Positions 1 to 8,125 of a stretch of DNA of 32,000 bases are shown piece after piece. Source of the DNA: Candidatus Saccharimonadota bacterium (lineage in GTDB: Bacteria; Patescibacteriota; Saccharimonadia; Saccharimonadales; UBA4665). The notes beneath the pieces are model-generated. The model made no database searches. It had not been told where the DNA came from and saw only the letters and a list, made by a program, of their open reading frames with translations. The stretch is taken from the NCBI GenBank assembly GCA_963716945.1, contig OY970322.1:1067441-1099440 (forward strand), written 5' to 3'. The position numbers and the translations under genes are program-made. The stretch's first letter is position 1. Each line of letters starts with the position of its first letter.

Positions 1-480
1 GGCCGGATCCAGCATCTCGTTCTTGGCACTGCTAATCAGGCCGCTGAGCAAACGGGCCGGGAAGGCCTTCTCGTCGATCATCAGCTCTTTGCTGGCCCGC
101 TTGACGGCAGCTTGCCGGTCGGATTCGTCGAAGATTACGAAACTGCGCGGAATACCGACCGCTTCCCCGTCCTGCCTGAGCAGCCGCACGCAAATGCCGT
201 GAAAAGTGCCCATATAAGGCATGAAGCCGCGATTGTCGGCGTTCTCGCCCAGCAGGCCGGCCACCCGGCTGCGCATCTCTTTGGCCGCCTTGTTGGTAAA
301 AGTCACGGCCAAGATATTAAACGGCGTGGCCTTGTGGGTGGCAATCAGGTAGGCGATACGGTGGGTCAGGGTTTTGGTCTTGCCGGAGCCGGCGCCGGCT
401 TGAATCAGCAGCGGCCCTTCAGTCGTTTCCACCGCCCGGCGCTGTTCCGGATTTAAGCCCTCAAAGAGTCCTTCTAACAC
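1..480 (-). CDS. UvrD/PcrA-family superfamily-1 DNA helicase, N-terminal part (gene continues beyond window start)
   Basis: Absent from the ORF track because it runs off the window. The reverse complement from GTG at 480 reads LEGLFEGLNPEQRRAVETTEGPLLIQAGAGSGKTKTLTHRIAYLI...NILAVTFTNKAAKEMRSRV...GTFHGICVRLL. These are the Q motif, Walker A (GSGKT) and motif Ia of UvrD/Rep/PcrA. In frame to position 1. Confidence 0.9.
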   Translation of the reverse strand, partial: MLEGLFEGLNPEQRRAVETTEGPLLIQAGAGSGKTKTLTHRIAYLIATHKATPFNILAVTFTNKAAKEMRSRVAGLLGENADNRGFMPYMGTFHGICVRLLRQDGEAVGIPRSFVIFDESDRQAAVKRASKELMIDEKAFPARLLSGLISSAKNEMLDPA

Positions 481-519
481 CTTACTATTCTAACAGAGAG
501 GCCGGCCCGAAACTGTTGT

Positions 520-1425
520 TTAGTTTGAGAAGAAATGGGTTAGCGGCTTGATGCCGCCCAGATGGATCAGACCGGCGTCAAGGGCGATATCGGCCCAAGC
601 CACAATTAGCAGTAAGCTCAAAATAATACCGAGTATCACGAAACGGCGCGACCGCCGCTTTTCGACGGCATTTATAGGCAGGTAATACTTCTTGCTGTCA
701 GTCAGTTTGTCGATGGCAGCCTGCCGCTGGGCCTCTTTGGTAGTCTCAGCCTCAAGTTTTTTGGCCATATCGTTTGATTGGGCTGATTCGGCAGTACCGC
801 CTTCGGCCGGTTTGGCATCGCCGTTATCGGGAGACGGTACTTCCGTCTGGGCGGCGGCTTCGGTCTTGCCGGCCGGCGGCTGGGCATCTTTGGTTTTGGA
901 GACGGCGGGGCCGTCATCCGGAGCGTCCGGCGGCAGACTGTCGTTAACGTTATCATCCGGCGTCTCAGGTGGTGTTGGCGGCGCCGAAAGTCCGGACGGT
1001 TCTGCCGTTTCCGGTGCTGGGGCTTCATCGCTTGAGGAGATCGAGTCCGCCGGCGCCGGCGGCTTATCGGCTGGCGCCGTGGCCGTATCGGCCGGTTTTG
1101 TAGGCTCGGCCGGTGTTTCTGCAGGTGACGGGTCTGCTTCGGAAGCGTGGTCCGGCTTTGCGTCTGCTTCGGCCAGAGCCGGTTCTTCGGTCTTTAGCAA
1201 AGGTGCTGTCAAGGGTTGTGCACCGGATTTATTGGAAACTTTGGCCAGCGAACTGTCGGCGTCACTATCATGCGGCGCGCCCTCGTCGACTACCATCGGG
1301 TCTTTCAAAAGCGGCCGGTTGCTGAGGATAACCGATTTCGAATTCGCCGGCGGCGCCGATTTGCCAGGGTGGGCCACGTCCATAATGGTCTTGCCGCCGT
1401 CCGGTTTTTTGGGCTTAGCCATCAC
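520..1425 (-). CDS. Hypothetical Pro/Ala/Asp/Glu-rich low-complexity protein with a single C-terminal TM helix
   Basis: 301-aa ORF. N-terminal motif MDVAHPGKSAPPANSKSVILSNRPLLKDPMV, then a long acidic P/A/T/E-rich region, a charged coiled segment, and the TM helix FVILGIILSLLLIVAWADIAL. Its start overlaps the tpiA stop by 11 nt, so it is probably co-transcribed. M15 at 1383 is an alternative start. Confidence 0.72.
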   Translation of the reverse strand: MMAKPKKPDGGKTIMDVAHPGKSAPPANSKSVILSNRPLLKDPMVVDEGAPHDSDADSSLAKVSNKSGAQPLTAPLLKTEEPALAEADAKPDHASEADPSPAETPAEPTKPADTATAPADKPPAPADSISSSDEAPAPETAEPSGLSAPPTPPETPDDNVNDSLPPDAPDDGPAVSKTKDAQPPAGKTEAAAQTEVPSPDNGDAKPAEGGTAESAQSNDMAKKLEAETTKEAQRQAAIDKLTDSKKYYLPINAVEKRRSRRFVILGIILSLLLIVAWADIALDAGLIHLGGIKPLTHFFSN

Positions 1426-2206
1426 CTTCCTCTTTCGGATGCCTTAGGCGTTGGGCGGCTTCGACGATGTCCGAGAACTGTTGGTAATTAAGGCTGGCGC
1501 CACCGACCAGCGTACCGTCGCAGTCTTCAAGCGCCAGATAGCCGGCGGCCGTATCGCCGTCAACGCTGCCGCCATAGAGCAGACGCAGCTTGTCGGCGGC
1601 CTCATCGCCGTATAGTTCGCCGACCTGCCGGCGGATGAATTTCAGGATTTTCTGGATGTCGTCGGGCTTGGCTATGCCGCCGCCGGACGTACTGATAGCC
1701 CAGACCGGCTCATAAGCTATGACCAGGTTCTCGACCTCTTCGGCAGTCAGGTTGGACAGGGCCGTGACGACTTGGTCATGGACCCGCTGGCGGGTTTCCC
1801 CGGCGGCCCGTTCCTGGCCGGTTTCGCCGACGCATAGTATCGGCATGACGTCGTTGCGGGCCGCGGCCTGGACCTTATCACGTACCATTTCCAGGGTTTC
1901 ACCGAAGTAAATCCGCCGCTCCGAATGGCCGACGATAACGTAATGGACCATGTCGCGCAACATCGTGAAGCTGACCTCGCCGGTATAAGCACCTTCGTCC
2001 TTATAAAAGGCGTTCTGGGCCGCCAAGCGGAATTTATGGTGGTCGATTTCCAGGCTGACCGGTTGGAGCGCCAGGAAAGCGGGCGCCAGCACGACTTCTA
2101 CGTCGCGGTGCGCGTCTATGCGGCCGTCGAGGCGCTTCACCAGCAGAGTGGCCTCCTGCGGATTGAGGTGCATCTTCCAGTTACCGACGATTAGGGTACG
2201 TTTCAT
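1415..2206 (-). CDS. tpiA: Triosephosphate isomerase
   Basis: 263 aa. N-terminus LIVGNWKMHLN, active-site region VIVGHSERR, and the motifs YEPVWAI and YGGSV. Confidence 0.97.
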   Translation of the reverse strand: MKRTLIVGNWKMHLNPQEATLLVKRLDGRIDAHRDVEVVLAPAFLALQPVSLEIDHHKFRLAAQNAFYKDEGAYTGEVSFTMLRDMVHYVIVGHSERRIYFGETLEMVRDKVQAAARNDVMPILCVGETGQERAAGETRQRVHDQVVTALSNLTAEEVENLVIAYEPVWAISTSGGGIAKPDDIQKILKFIRRQVGELYGDEAADKLRLLYGGSVDGDTAAGYLALEDCDGTLVGGASLNYQQFSDIVEAAQRLRHPKEEGDG

Positions 2207-2227
2207 ACTGCTTACGTTAATTGTACC

Positions 2228-3511
2228 CTATTTCTTGTCAAGCAGGGCTTCGACGCCGGGCAACTTATGCCCGGCCAGGACCTCTAGGCTGGCACCGCCG
2301 CCGGTTGAAACGTGATCGAAACTGGCCGTCAGCTTGCGCGACTGGACATAACCGACGGTATCGCCGCCGCCCACCACCGTAAACGGCTTGTGGCCAAACT
2401 CGCCAAGCAGGGCTTCGATAACGGTTTGGGTACCGTGCGCGGTCGGGCCGACCGGACCCTGCAGGCTGGTTGTTTCCGTAACGCCCATCGTACCGCTCCA
2501 CACGGCCGTGTTGGCCAGCTGCGCCGCGCCGGCAATGAACGCAGCGCTGACCGGTCCGATATCGAGAATTTTTTCATGGGCATGGACCTGGCTAGCCGCC
2601 TGCGGCACATGGCCGGGATAGTGTTCTATGCCGGCGATGACGTGATTGTTGAGCTCCACAATCCGCGTCGGGGCCTTGTCGTCAATTTCGGCGGCGACTA
2701 CTACGTCGCGCGGCACAACGAATACGAACCGCCGTTTGGCGGCCTCGGCGGACGCGCGTTTCATGATGTCTTTAGCAACTTCTACTTCGGCTTTGTCATA
2801 CAGGCTATCGCCTACGGCCGCGCCGTTAGCCACCAGAAAAGTATTAGCCATCGCTCCGCCTACGGCTATAATGTCGGCGATTTCGATGAACCGCTGCATG
2901 ACGTCAAGCTTATCGGCGATTTTGGCGCCGCCGATAATGGCCATAAGCGGCCGTTCGGGCTGCTGCATGACTTGGGTCAAGATGTTCATTTCTTTTTCGA
3001 GCAGCAAACCAGCGACACTCGGCAGATAATGGGTGATGCCTTCGAGGCTAGCGTCGGCCCGGTGGTCGACGCCGAACGAATCATTGACATAAACTTCGGC
3101 CAGGCCGGCCAGCTGTCTGGCGAAACCGTCGTCATTAGCTTTCTCTTCAGGATGGAAACGGACGTTTTCAAGCATTAATATGCCACCCGTTTGCAAGCCG
3201 GCCGCAGCCTGCTGCACCGCTTCGCCGACACAGTCGGCTACGAACTCCACCGGCCGGTCAAGCAGGTGGCCCAGCCGTTTGGCTACCGGCGCCAGGCTCA
3301 AGGCCGGATCATGGCCCTCCGGACGGCCCAGGTGCGAACAGATAATCAGCTTAACGTCCTGGCTTAACAGATACTGGACCGTCGGCAAGGACTGTTTGAT
3401 CCGATAGTCGTCAGTGATTTTACCGTCTTCGACGGGCACGTTATAATCGGCCCTCAAGAAGACCGTTTTACCCCTTAAATCTATGTCGCGAATTGTCTGT
3501 TTGGTAAACAT
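2228..3511 (-). CDS. pgk: Phosphoglycerate kinase
   Basis: 427 aa. Motifs VFLRADYNVPV, IICSHLGRP, MAIIGGAKIADK, VVGGGDT and STGGGASLE. About 25-30 aa longer than typical Pgk because of insertions in the C-terminal domain. Confidence 0.97.
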   Translation of the reverse strand: MFTKQTIRDIDLRGKTVFLRADYNVPVEDGKITDDYRIKQSLPTVQYLLSQDVKLIICSHLGRPEGHDPALSLAPVAKRLGHLLDRPVEFVADCVGEAVQQAAAGLQTGGILMLENVRFHPEEKANDDGFARQLAGLAEVYVNDSFGVDHRADASLEGITHYLPSVAGLLLEKEMNILTQVMQQPERPLMAIIGGAKIADKLDVMQRFIEIADIIAVGGAMANTFLVANGAAVGDSLYDKAEVEVAKDIMKRASAEAAKRRFVFVVPRDVVVAAEIDDKAPTRIVELNNHVIAGIEHYPGHVPQAASQVHAHEKILDIGPVSAAFIAGAAQLANTAVWSGTMGVTETTSLQGPVGPTAHGTQTVIEALLGEFGHKPFTVVGGGDTVGYVQSRKLTASFDHVSTGGGASLEVLAGHKLPGVEALLDKK

Positions 3512-3520
3512 TTATCGGTC

Positions 3521-4954
3521 TTATTCTAGCATGCGCACCTTGATCGTGTCAGTAGTGCCGACGACGCCCGGATAGCGCCCCGAAGCCGTGACGACAATAT
3601 CGCCCTTGCGCAGCACCTTGGCTTTGCGCAGCCAGTCGGTCAGCTTGACGGCCGCCAAGGCGTCGGCCGGACGGACATAGCTTTTAGTGCCATAGACGAT
3701 GGCAAGTTGCTGGGCGGTGCGCTCGTCACTGGTAACCGCAATTAGCGGGATGGCCGAACGGTGAGATGCTATTTGCAAGGCCGTGGCGCCGGACTTGGTC
3801 TCGGCCACTACCGCCGAAGCGTCTATATCTTCGGCCAGGTTAAGCACGGCGGCGCTGATGGCGGCCTGGCGGCTATGGTCTTCGTTGTCGGGGAAACTGA
3901 CTTTCAGCGGCAAGTGACTTTCGGTATAAAGAATCACCCGCTTCATCGTCTCGACGGCTTCCAGCGGATATTTGCCGCTGGCCGTTTCATCGCTCAACAT
4001 AACGCAATCGGCCCCTACCACCACAGCCGTGGCAATATCCGAGACCTCGGCCCGGGTCGGTTCCGGGGCGTCGTTCATGCTGGCCAGCATCTGGGTAGCG
4101 ACAATCGTCGGCGTAGCATGGCGCAAGCCCAAACCGATAATCTGGCGCTGGACAATCGGCACGCTTTCGGCCGGCGTTTCGACCGCCAAGTCGCCGCGGG
4201 CGATCATCACGGCGTCGCTTTCGAGCACGATATCCTCGATATTGTCGACTGCGGCTTTGGTCTCGATTTTGGCGATGATTTTGGCGCTGCTGTTCATACC
4301 CTTCAATAAATTCCTGAGGTTGGCGATGTCTTCGGCCGTCTGCACGAAACTAAGAGCCACGTAATCGATATCCTGTGACGAACCGTAGACCAGGTCGGTC
4401 CGGTCTTTGGCCGTAATGATGTCGCCGCCAAAGTCGGTGTCCGGCAGGTTCATGCCCTTGCGCTTGATTAGAATACCGTCATTACCGGCCTCGGCGTAAA
4501 CCACTCCCTCGCGTACGCCGGTCACGGTCGTATGTATCTTGCCGTCATAGAGGTAAATCCGCTCCCCGCGCTTAACTTTCTTGCTCAGGTCATACTGCGT
4601 CGGCAAATGCCCGCTGGCCGCGTAGTCAGCCCGGTACTGAAAACTCAGCCCCTGCCCTTTCTTGACGTTAACAATGCCGTCGAAATCCCCCAGCCGGATC
4701 TTCGGCCCCTGCAAATCCTGGATAATCGCCACCGGCTTGCCGTACTCGCGGCTGGCCTTGCGGACCCACTTGATCTGCCGCGTCCGTTCCTCGGTCGTGC
4801 CGTGGCTGAAATTCAACCGGATGCCGTTAGCGCCAGCCTTAATCAGCGCCAGAATCGCCTCATAGCTATCGCACGACGGCCCGACCGTAACGATGATCTT
4901 CGTCCGTTTGAAATGTTTTAGCGGCACTTGCGGTGCCGTGTCTGCCAAAGCCAT
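3521..4954 (-). CDS. pyk: Pyruvate kinase
   Basis: 477 aa. Motifs KIIVTVGPS, IRLNFSHG, KIETKAAVDNIEDI, MIARGDLAVE and MLSDETASGKYP. Lies 9 nt upstream of pgk in the same orientation. Confidence 0.97.
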   Translation of the reverse strand: MALADTAPQVPLKHFKRTKIIVTVGPSCDSYEAILALIKAGANGIRLNFSHGTTEERTRQIKWVRKASREYGKPVAIIQDLQGPKIRLGDFDGIVNVKKGQGLSFQYRADYAASGHLPTQYDLSKKVKRGERIYLYDGKIHTTVTGVREGVVYAEAGNDGILIKRKGMNLPDTDFGGDIITAKDRTDLVYGSSQDIDYVALSFVQTAEDIANLRNLLKGMNSSAKIIAKIETKAAVDNIEDIVLESDAVMIARGDLAVETPAESVPIVQRQIIGLGLRHATPTIVATQMLASMNDAPEPTRAEVSDIATAVVVGADCVMLSDETASGKYPLEAVETMKRVILYTESHLPLKVSFPDNEDHSRQAAISAAVLNLAEDIDASAVVAETKSGATALQIASHRSAIPLIAVTSDERTAQQLAIVYGTKSYVRPADALAAVKLTDWLRKAKVLRKGDIVVTASGRYPGVVGTTDTIKVRMLE

Positions 4955-5024
4955 GAATTTTTGCCCGCCTCCGCGTAAACGTTAGTGCTTGCCTATGAGT
5001 ATATAACCCCTGGCCGACTAATAC

Positions 5025-5045
5025 AAAAAAGCGCCGAAGCGCCTG
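5025..5045 (-). terminator. Candidate intrinsic terminator downstream of tRNA-Glu
   Basis: The minus strand reads AGGCGC-TTCG-GCGCTT followed by TTTTTGTATT. This is a short GC stem with a UUCG tetraloop and a U-tract, directly 3' of the tRNA. Confidence 0.5.
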
Positions 5046-5056
5046 GTAATTCGTGC

Positions 5057-5131
5057 TGGTGATCCCGCGGAGAATCGAACTCCGATTGCCAGGATGAAAA
5101 CCTGGTGTCCTAACCATTAGACGACGGGACC
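5057..5131 (-). tRNA. tRNA-Glu (anticodon UUC), CCA encoded
   Basis: Minus strand: GGTCCCG TC GTCT AATGGTTAGGAC ... CCAGG TTTTCAT CCTGG ... GGAGTTCGATTCTCC CGGGATC A CCA. Cloverleaf folded by hand. The anticodon loop is TT-TTC-AT. Confidence 0.93.
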
Positions 5132-5156
5132 TCAAAAGGGCCGAATGATCTGCTCA

Positions 5157-5165
5157 ATCTTACCA
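5157..5165 (-). promoter_or_regulatory. Candidate extended -10 box (TGgTAAGAT) for tRNA-Glu
   Basis: The minus strand reads TGGTAAGAT about 26 nt upstream of the mature tRNA 5' end. It has the same TGn-TAnnnT form seen at many other starts in this window. Confidence 0.35.
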
Positions 5166-5182
5166 TAACAGATAAGAAATGA

Positions 5183-5213
5183 AAATCCCCCACCGCCACC
5201 AGGAGGGGGATTT
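5183..5213 (-). terminator. Candidate intrinsic terminator of the surface-protein operon
   Basis: 9-bp perfect stem AAATCCCCC / GGGGGATTT with a 13-nt loop. On the minus strand it is followed by TCATTTCTT. It lies about 110 nt downstream of the stop at 5321. Confidence 0.55.
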
Positions 5214-5320
5214 CCGAGGATTAAATTTTTGTTTTCTAGCTAGAGCGGTCAGTCAGTGCTCTTGTAACTGTTGGTAACCTTAGCACAAACTGCGAGTTTA
5301 CGCTAGTGTTTATCCACAGG

Positions 5321-6376
5321 TTACTGACGGCTCAGGCGTCGGGTAAGCATCCGGCGGTAGATTACCGTGCCGGCTGCCGTAGCGGCTGCGAACAGGCCTG
5401 CGACACTGCCGGGGCCGGTGTTAACCAGGGCCGTAGGCGCGGCCGGAGTGGCCGGGGTAGGCGGAGTCGTCGGAGGAGGCGTTACCTTAGGCGGCGTAGT
5501 GCTGCTGAAAGTAACCTGCTTCTGGCACTGCGGGCCGCCGGCGGTTACGTCGCCCTGCCCGTTAATCGTGAAGTGGGCGGTAGCGGTAACGGTGTAGGTG
5601 CCGTCCTTGGAGTACTGGTGGCTCTGGCCGACCGGGCTGGAGCTGTTCAGCGTGCCGCCGTCACCCCAGGTGATAGCCGCGGTGCTGAAAGCGGCGCCGT
5701 TAGTGGCAGTGGTGTCGAACTTGCTAACCTTAACCGTCCGGTCGCTCTCGGCCGTCAGCTCGAGATCGTTACAAGTGTAAGCCGGCGGCGTGGGCGGCTG
5801 AGGCACAACCGTTGCTTCGAACACGATCGTACCGGCGAAGTTGTTGGAAGGCTGCTCGTTCTGGTCAACGACGACACAGCTGTTACCGTTAACTACGCTG
5901 TTGGAAATAGTAGTGGTAACCCAGTCCGGGTTGGCGTTGGTGCCAATGTCGTGCTTCCAGGTAACACCGTCACTGGGAAGGAATTGCAGCTGGGTAGCAT
6001 CACTGGTCGTAACGGTCGTGCTATCGGTAACGGTGCTGAAGTTGTCGCCTGAGACCGTGGCGCCGACCGTGTGAACGGTGGTAACGGTGTCGGGGATGCT
6101 GGCGCTAATACAGACGTTGTCGGCGTCCAGACCGCTGTCCGGCGACTCCAGGTTGTGGTAGTAAACCTCGAAGGCTACGACGTCGTTGTCTTTGGCGGTT
6201 ACGCCGGCGTGGGTGAAGTTTACCCCTTGGGTTACGTTGCCGGCGTAGATGGCGGCTTCTTCTTGAATGTTAGCGGCCAGGGCACTGCCGGTCGCGAGCG
6301 TCAGGACACCGGTTACGGTGAGCAAGGCTGCGGCGCCGGTGGCGCTGAGTCGTTTGATGGTTCGTGTTAGCTTCAT
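5321..6376 (-). CDS. Secreted cell-surface protein with a PKD-like domain and an LPXTG-like (LVNTG) C-terminal sorting signal
   Basis: 351 aa. Signal peptide MKLTRTIKRLSATGAAALLTVTGVLTLATGSALA. PKD-like module ITWGDGGTLNSS...HQYSKDGTYTVTATAHF. Pro/Thr linker, then LVNTG plus a hydrophobic stretch plus RRMLTRRLSRQ. AAGGAG Shine-Dalgarno 7 nt upstream of the ATG. Confidence 0.88.
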   Translation of the reverse strand: MKLTRTIKRLSATGAAALLTVTGVLTLATGSALAANIQEEAAIYAGNVTQGVNFTHAGVTAKDNDVVAFEVYYHNLESPDSGLDADNVCISASIPDTVTTVHTVGATVSGDNFSTVTDSTTVTTSDATQLQFLPSDGVTWKHDIGTNANPDWVTTTISNSVVNGNSCVVVDQNEQPSNNFAGTIVFEATVVPQPPTPPAYTCNDLELTAESDRTVKVSKFDTTATNGAAFSTAAITWGDGGTLNSSSPVGQSHQYSKDGTYTVTATAHFTINGQGDVTAGGPQCQKQVTFSSTTPPKVTPPPTTPPTPATPAAPTALVNTGPGSVAGLFAAATAAGTVIYRRMLTRRLSRQ

Positions 6377-6411
6377 CGATTTCTCCTTATATACTCACTC
6401 TTAATGGTTGT

Positions 6412-8004
6412 TTAGCTCGTAGGCAGCGGTTGGCCGGGGCCAGTAACCGGAGGGGCCTGGTCGATACAGTCGGGGCCAGTGTTTTCTTCCTTGGTGTAAG
6501 CCTGGGCCGTAGCCGTAACGTGGTTGCCGTAAACATCCGTACCGACGACACTGATGGTGTTAACGACGTTGGTGAAACAAGGTACGTCATTGTTTTCGGT
6601 GTAGACGGTGTAGACTTCCGTGCCGCCGGCCGGCAAGGTGTCGCTGAAGTAGCCGAGGCCGTTACCGTCAACGCTGAAACCGAACGGTTGGGCCGGGTCA
6701 GCTTCACGGTCATTAATGTTCACTTCGCCTTCGGGCGGGGTGTCGGTGTACTGGTCGCTCAAGGTTTCGTTGCCAGTGTTCTTAACAGTGATCTGCCATT
6801 CGTCTGTGTCGCCATGCTTGGTGGCGAGGTCAGAGTAAAGGCTGCCGTCAGGGTTGTAAGAAGCGATGAAAGCTTTCTCGATTGCAATACCGGGGGTGCC
6901 GGGGGTGCCGGGCGTACCCGGGGTGCCGGGAGGACCCTGCGGACCCTGAGGGCCGGGGATGCCAGGTATCTGGGGCTCTTCATCCTTGTAGACGAATTCG
7001 TTGCCGGCACGGCTAACTGTCTGGGTCTGGTTACCGGGTGAAAGCTGATCCCACTGTTCAGGGCCAAGAGGCGAAAGCTCGTTGACAATCACGGTGCTGC
7101 CGATATTACAATGTGCAAGGGGCTGAGGAGACTGATTGTAGGTAACCGTACGGTCAACTTCGTTCTTACCGTCCTTACATTTGACCTCGAAACGGAAAGT
7201 GCCGGTCGGGTCGATAGCGTGACCTTCATTGTCTACCAGCTGGCGGCCGGTGTCGTCCAAGGCAATCTTGAAGACTTCGACTTCAGCCGTCTTGGGCTTG
7301 GGCCGATTGACTACAATAGTGTTCTTGCTAAGCAGCAGGCCGTTGTTACAAGGGCCGGCTACGGCGTCATTGATAGTTTCTTTGTACTCTCTGCCGCCCT
7401 GCATATAGGTACGGACAGCTGTTACACAGTAGCCCGGGACACCGTTAGGGTCACGCGGGTCGTCAAGTACGACGTTATGGTCAACCTCGCCATTGGCGGA
7501 TACCATGCTATCCATCACTCGGCCTGCAGGAATAGTACAGCCGTGCAGTTTACCTGCCTGTACAGCCTTTTCGACTGCGTTAACTTCCGAACCGTTGAGA
7601 CCCTCTCTGCTTAAAGTAGAGCGGCCTTGGCCGGACTCCAGGAAAGCCTTAGCCGCGCCAACACTGTGGACACCGCCGGGTACCAGCGGGGCGCCGCCGA
7701 CGTTGCTCCAGTCAAAAACATTGGCCGCAGTCGAAGCGCTGGCAGCGTGAGCTTCAGGAACCTGGTTAGCGCCGGCAGTAGCTGCCAAGACGCCGGCACC
7801 AGCACCGGTAATACCAGTAGTTACAACAACGACTCTTGTTAAAACGTTGCCCAGCCGGCTGTTGCGGATACGATCAAATATACTGCTGGCACCTTCGGCC
7901 TGCGTTTGTACCGGTTCGCTGCTTATAATCCGGAGCAGCTCGTCATCAAGGTCGGGCTGGCCGGCTTCGGCGTGTTCGGCGGCGATCATGGCTTCTGCAC
8001 TCAT
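6412..8004 (-). CDS. Signal-anchored multidomain surface protein with a short collagen-like GXY run and a C-terminal DUF11/CARDB-like beta-sandwich
   Basis: 530 aa. About 60 aa of acidic cytoplasmic N-terminus, then one TM helix (VVVVTTGITGAGAGVLAATAGA). A Cys-containing globular region and an Ig/Cna-B-like segment (EVEVFKIAL...FRFEVKC...VIVNE) follow. Then GIPGPQGPQGPPGTPGTPGTPGTPGIA, then WQITVKNTGNETL...VYTVYTENN...VVGTDVYGNHVTA. GAGGAG Shine-Dalgarno upstream. Confidence 0.88.
   Translation of the reverse strand: MSAEAMIAAEHAEAGQPDLDDELLRIISSEPVQTQAEGASSIFDRIRNSRLGNVLTRVVVVTTGITGAGAGVLAATAGANQVPEAHAASASTAANVFDWSNVGGAPLVPGGVHSVGAAKAFLESGQGRSTLSREGLNGSEVNAVEKAVQAGKLHGCTIPAGRVMDSMVSANGEVDHNVVLDDPRDPNGVPGYCVTAVRTYMQGGREYKETINDAVAGPCNNGLLLSKNTIVVNRPKPKTAEVEVFKIALDDTGRQLVDNEGHAIDPTGTFRFEVKCKDGKNEVDRTVTYNQSPQPLAHCNIGSTVIVNELSPLGPEQWDQLSPGNQTQTVSRAGNEFVYKDEEPQIPGIPGPQGPQGPPGTPGTPGTPGTPGIAIEKAFIASYNPDGSLYSDLATKHGDTDEWQITVKNTGNETLSDQYTDTPPEGEVNINDREADPAQPFGFSVDGNGLGYFSDTLPAGGTEVYTVYTENNDVPCFTNVVNTISVVGTDVYGNHVTATAQAYTKEENTGPDCIDQAPPVTGPGQPLPTS
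6883..6963 (-). repeat. Collagen-like Gly-X-Y coding repeat (9 triplets), 9-bp periodic DNA
   Basis: The plus strand shows the tandem units ggtgccggg / ggtgccggg / cgtacccgg / ggtgccggg. The minus strand translates to GIP GPQ GPQ GPP GTP GTP GTP GTP GIA. Confidence 0.85.
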
Positions 8005-8096
8005 GCTATTTAAGTCTCCTCTTCTGCGCCAGGTTTGACGCTTACTATTCCCACACCCTTGGAGCCTTGACAGGCCACCAAATGTGTTATGACATC

Positions 8097-8125
8097 AATA
8101 TATCACAAGCATTATATTATGTCAA
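8097..8125 (-). promoter_or_regulatory. Near-consensus sigma-70-type promoter for the surface-protein operon
   Basis: The minus strand reads TTGACA, then 17 nt (taatataatgcttgtga), then TATATT. It sits in the only AT-rich intergenic block of the region, about 90 nt upstream of the ATG at 8004. Confidence 0.6.

Noticed and set aside
112-456. 114-aa plus-strand ORF (TTG start)
   Set aside because: It is antisense to a clear UvrD/PcrA helicase reading frame (Walker A and motif Ia on the minus strand). Its translation is low-complexity, GC-driven sequence.
692-1447. 251-aa plus-strand ORF, plus 702-1028 and other nested ORFs
   Set aside because: These are shadow ORFs opposite the Pro/Ala-rich gene 520-1425. 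Their Gly/Ser/Ala-rich translations are typical of antisense frames in GC-rich DNA, and they have no start context.
2312-3178. 288-aa plus-strand ORF inside pgk, with similar ones inside pyk (3761-4309, 3972-4364, 4532-4921)
   Set aside because: The opposite strand encodes unmistakable Pgk and Pyk. Long antisense ORFs are expected at this GC content.
4866-5135. 89-aa minus-strand ORF
   Set aside because: It spans the tRNA-Glu gene and its terminator, so it is not coding.
5306-7041. Plus-strand ORFs 5306-6052 (248 aa) and 6364-7041 (225 aa)
   Set aside because: They are antisense to the two surface-protein genes, which have signal peptides, Shine-Dalgarno sites and domain motifs. Their translations are Arg/Gly/Val-rich noise.
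8067-8095. Plus-strand TTGACA with a possible -10 box (TGACAT) 17 nt downstream
   Set aside because: The -10 match is poor, and nothing lies downstream on the plus strand except the antisense of the histidine kinase gene.
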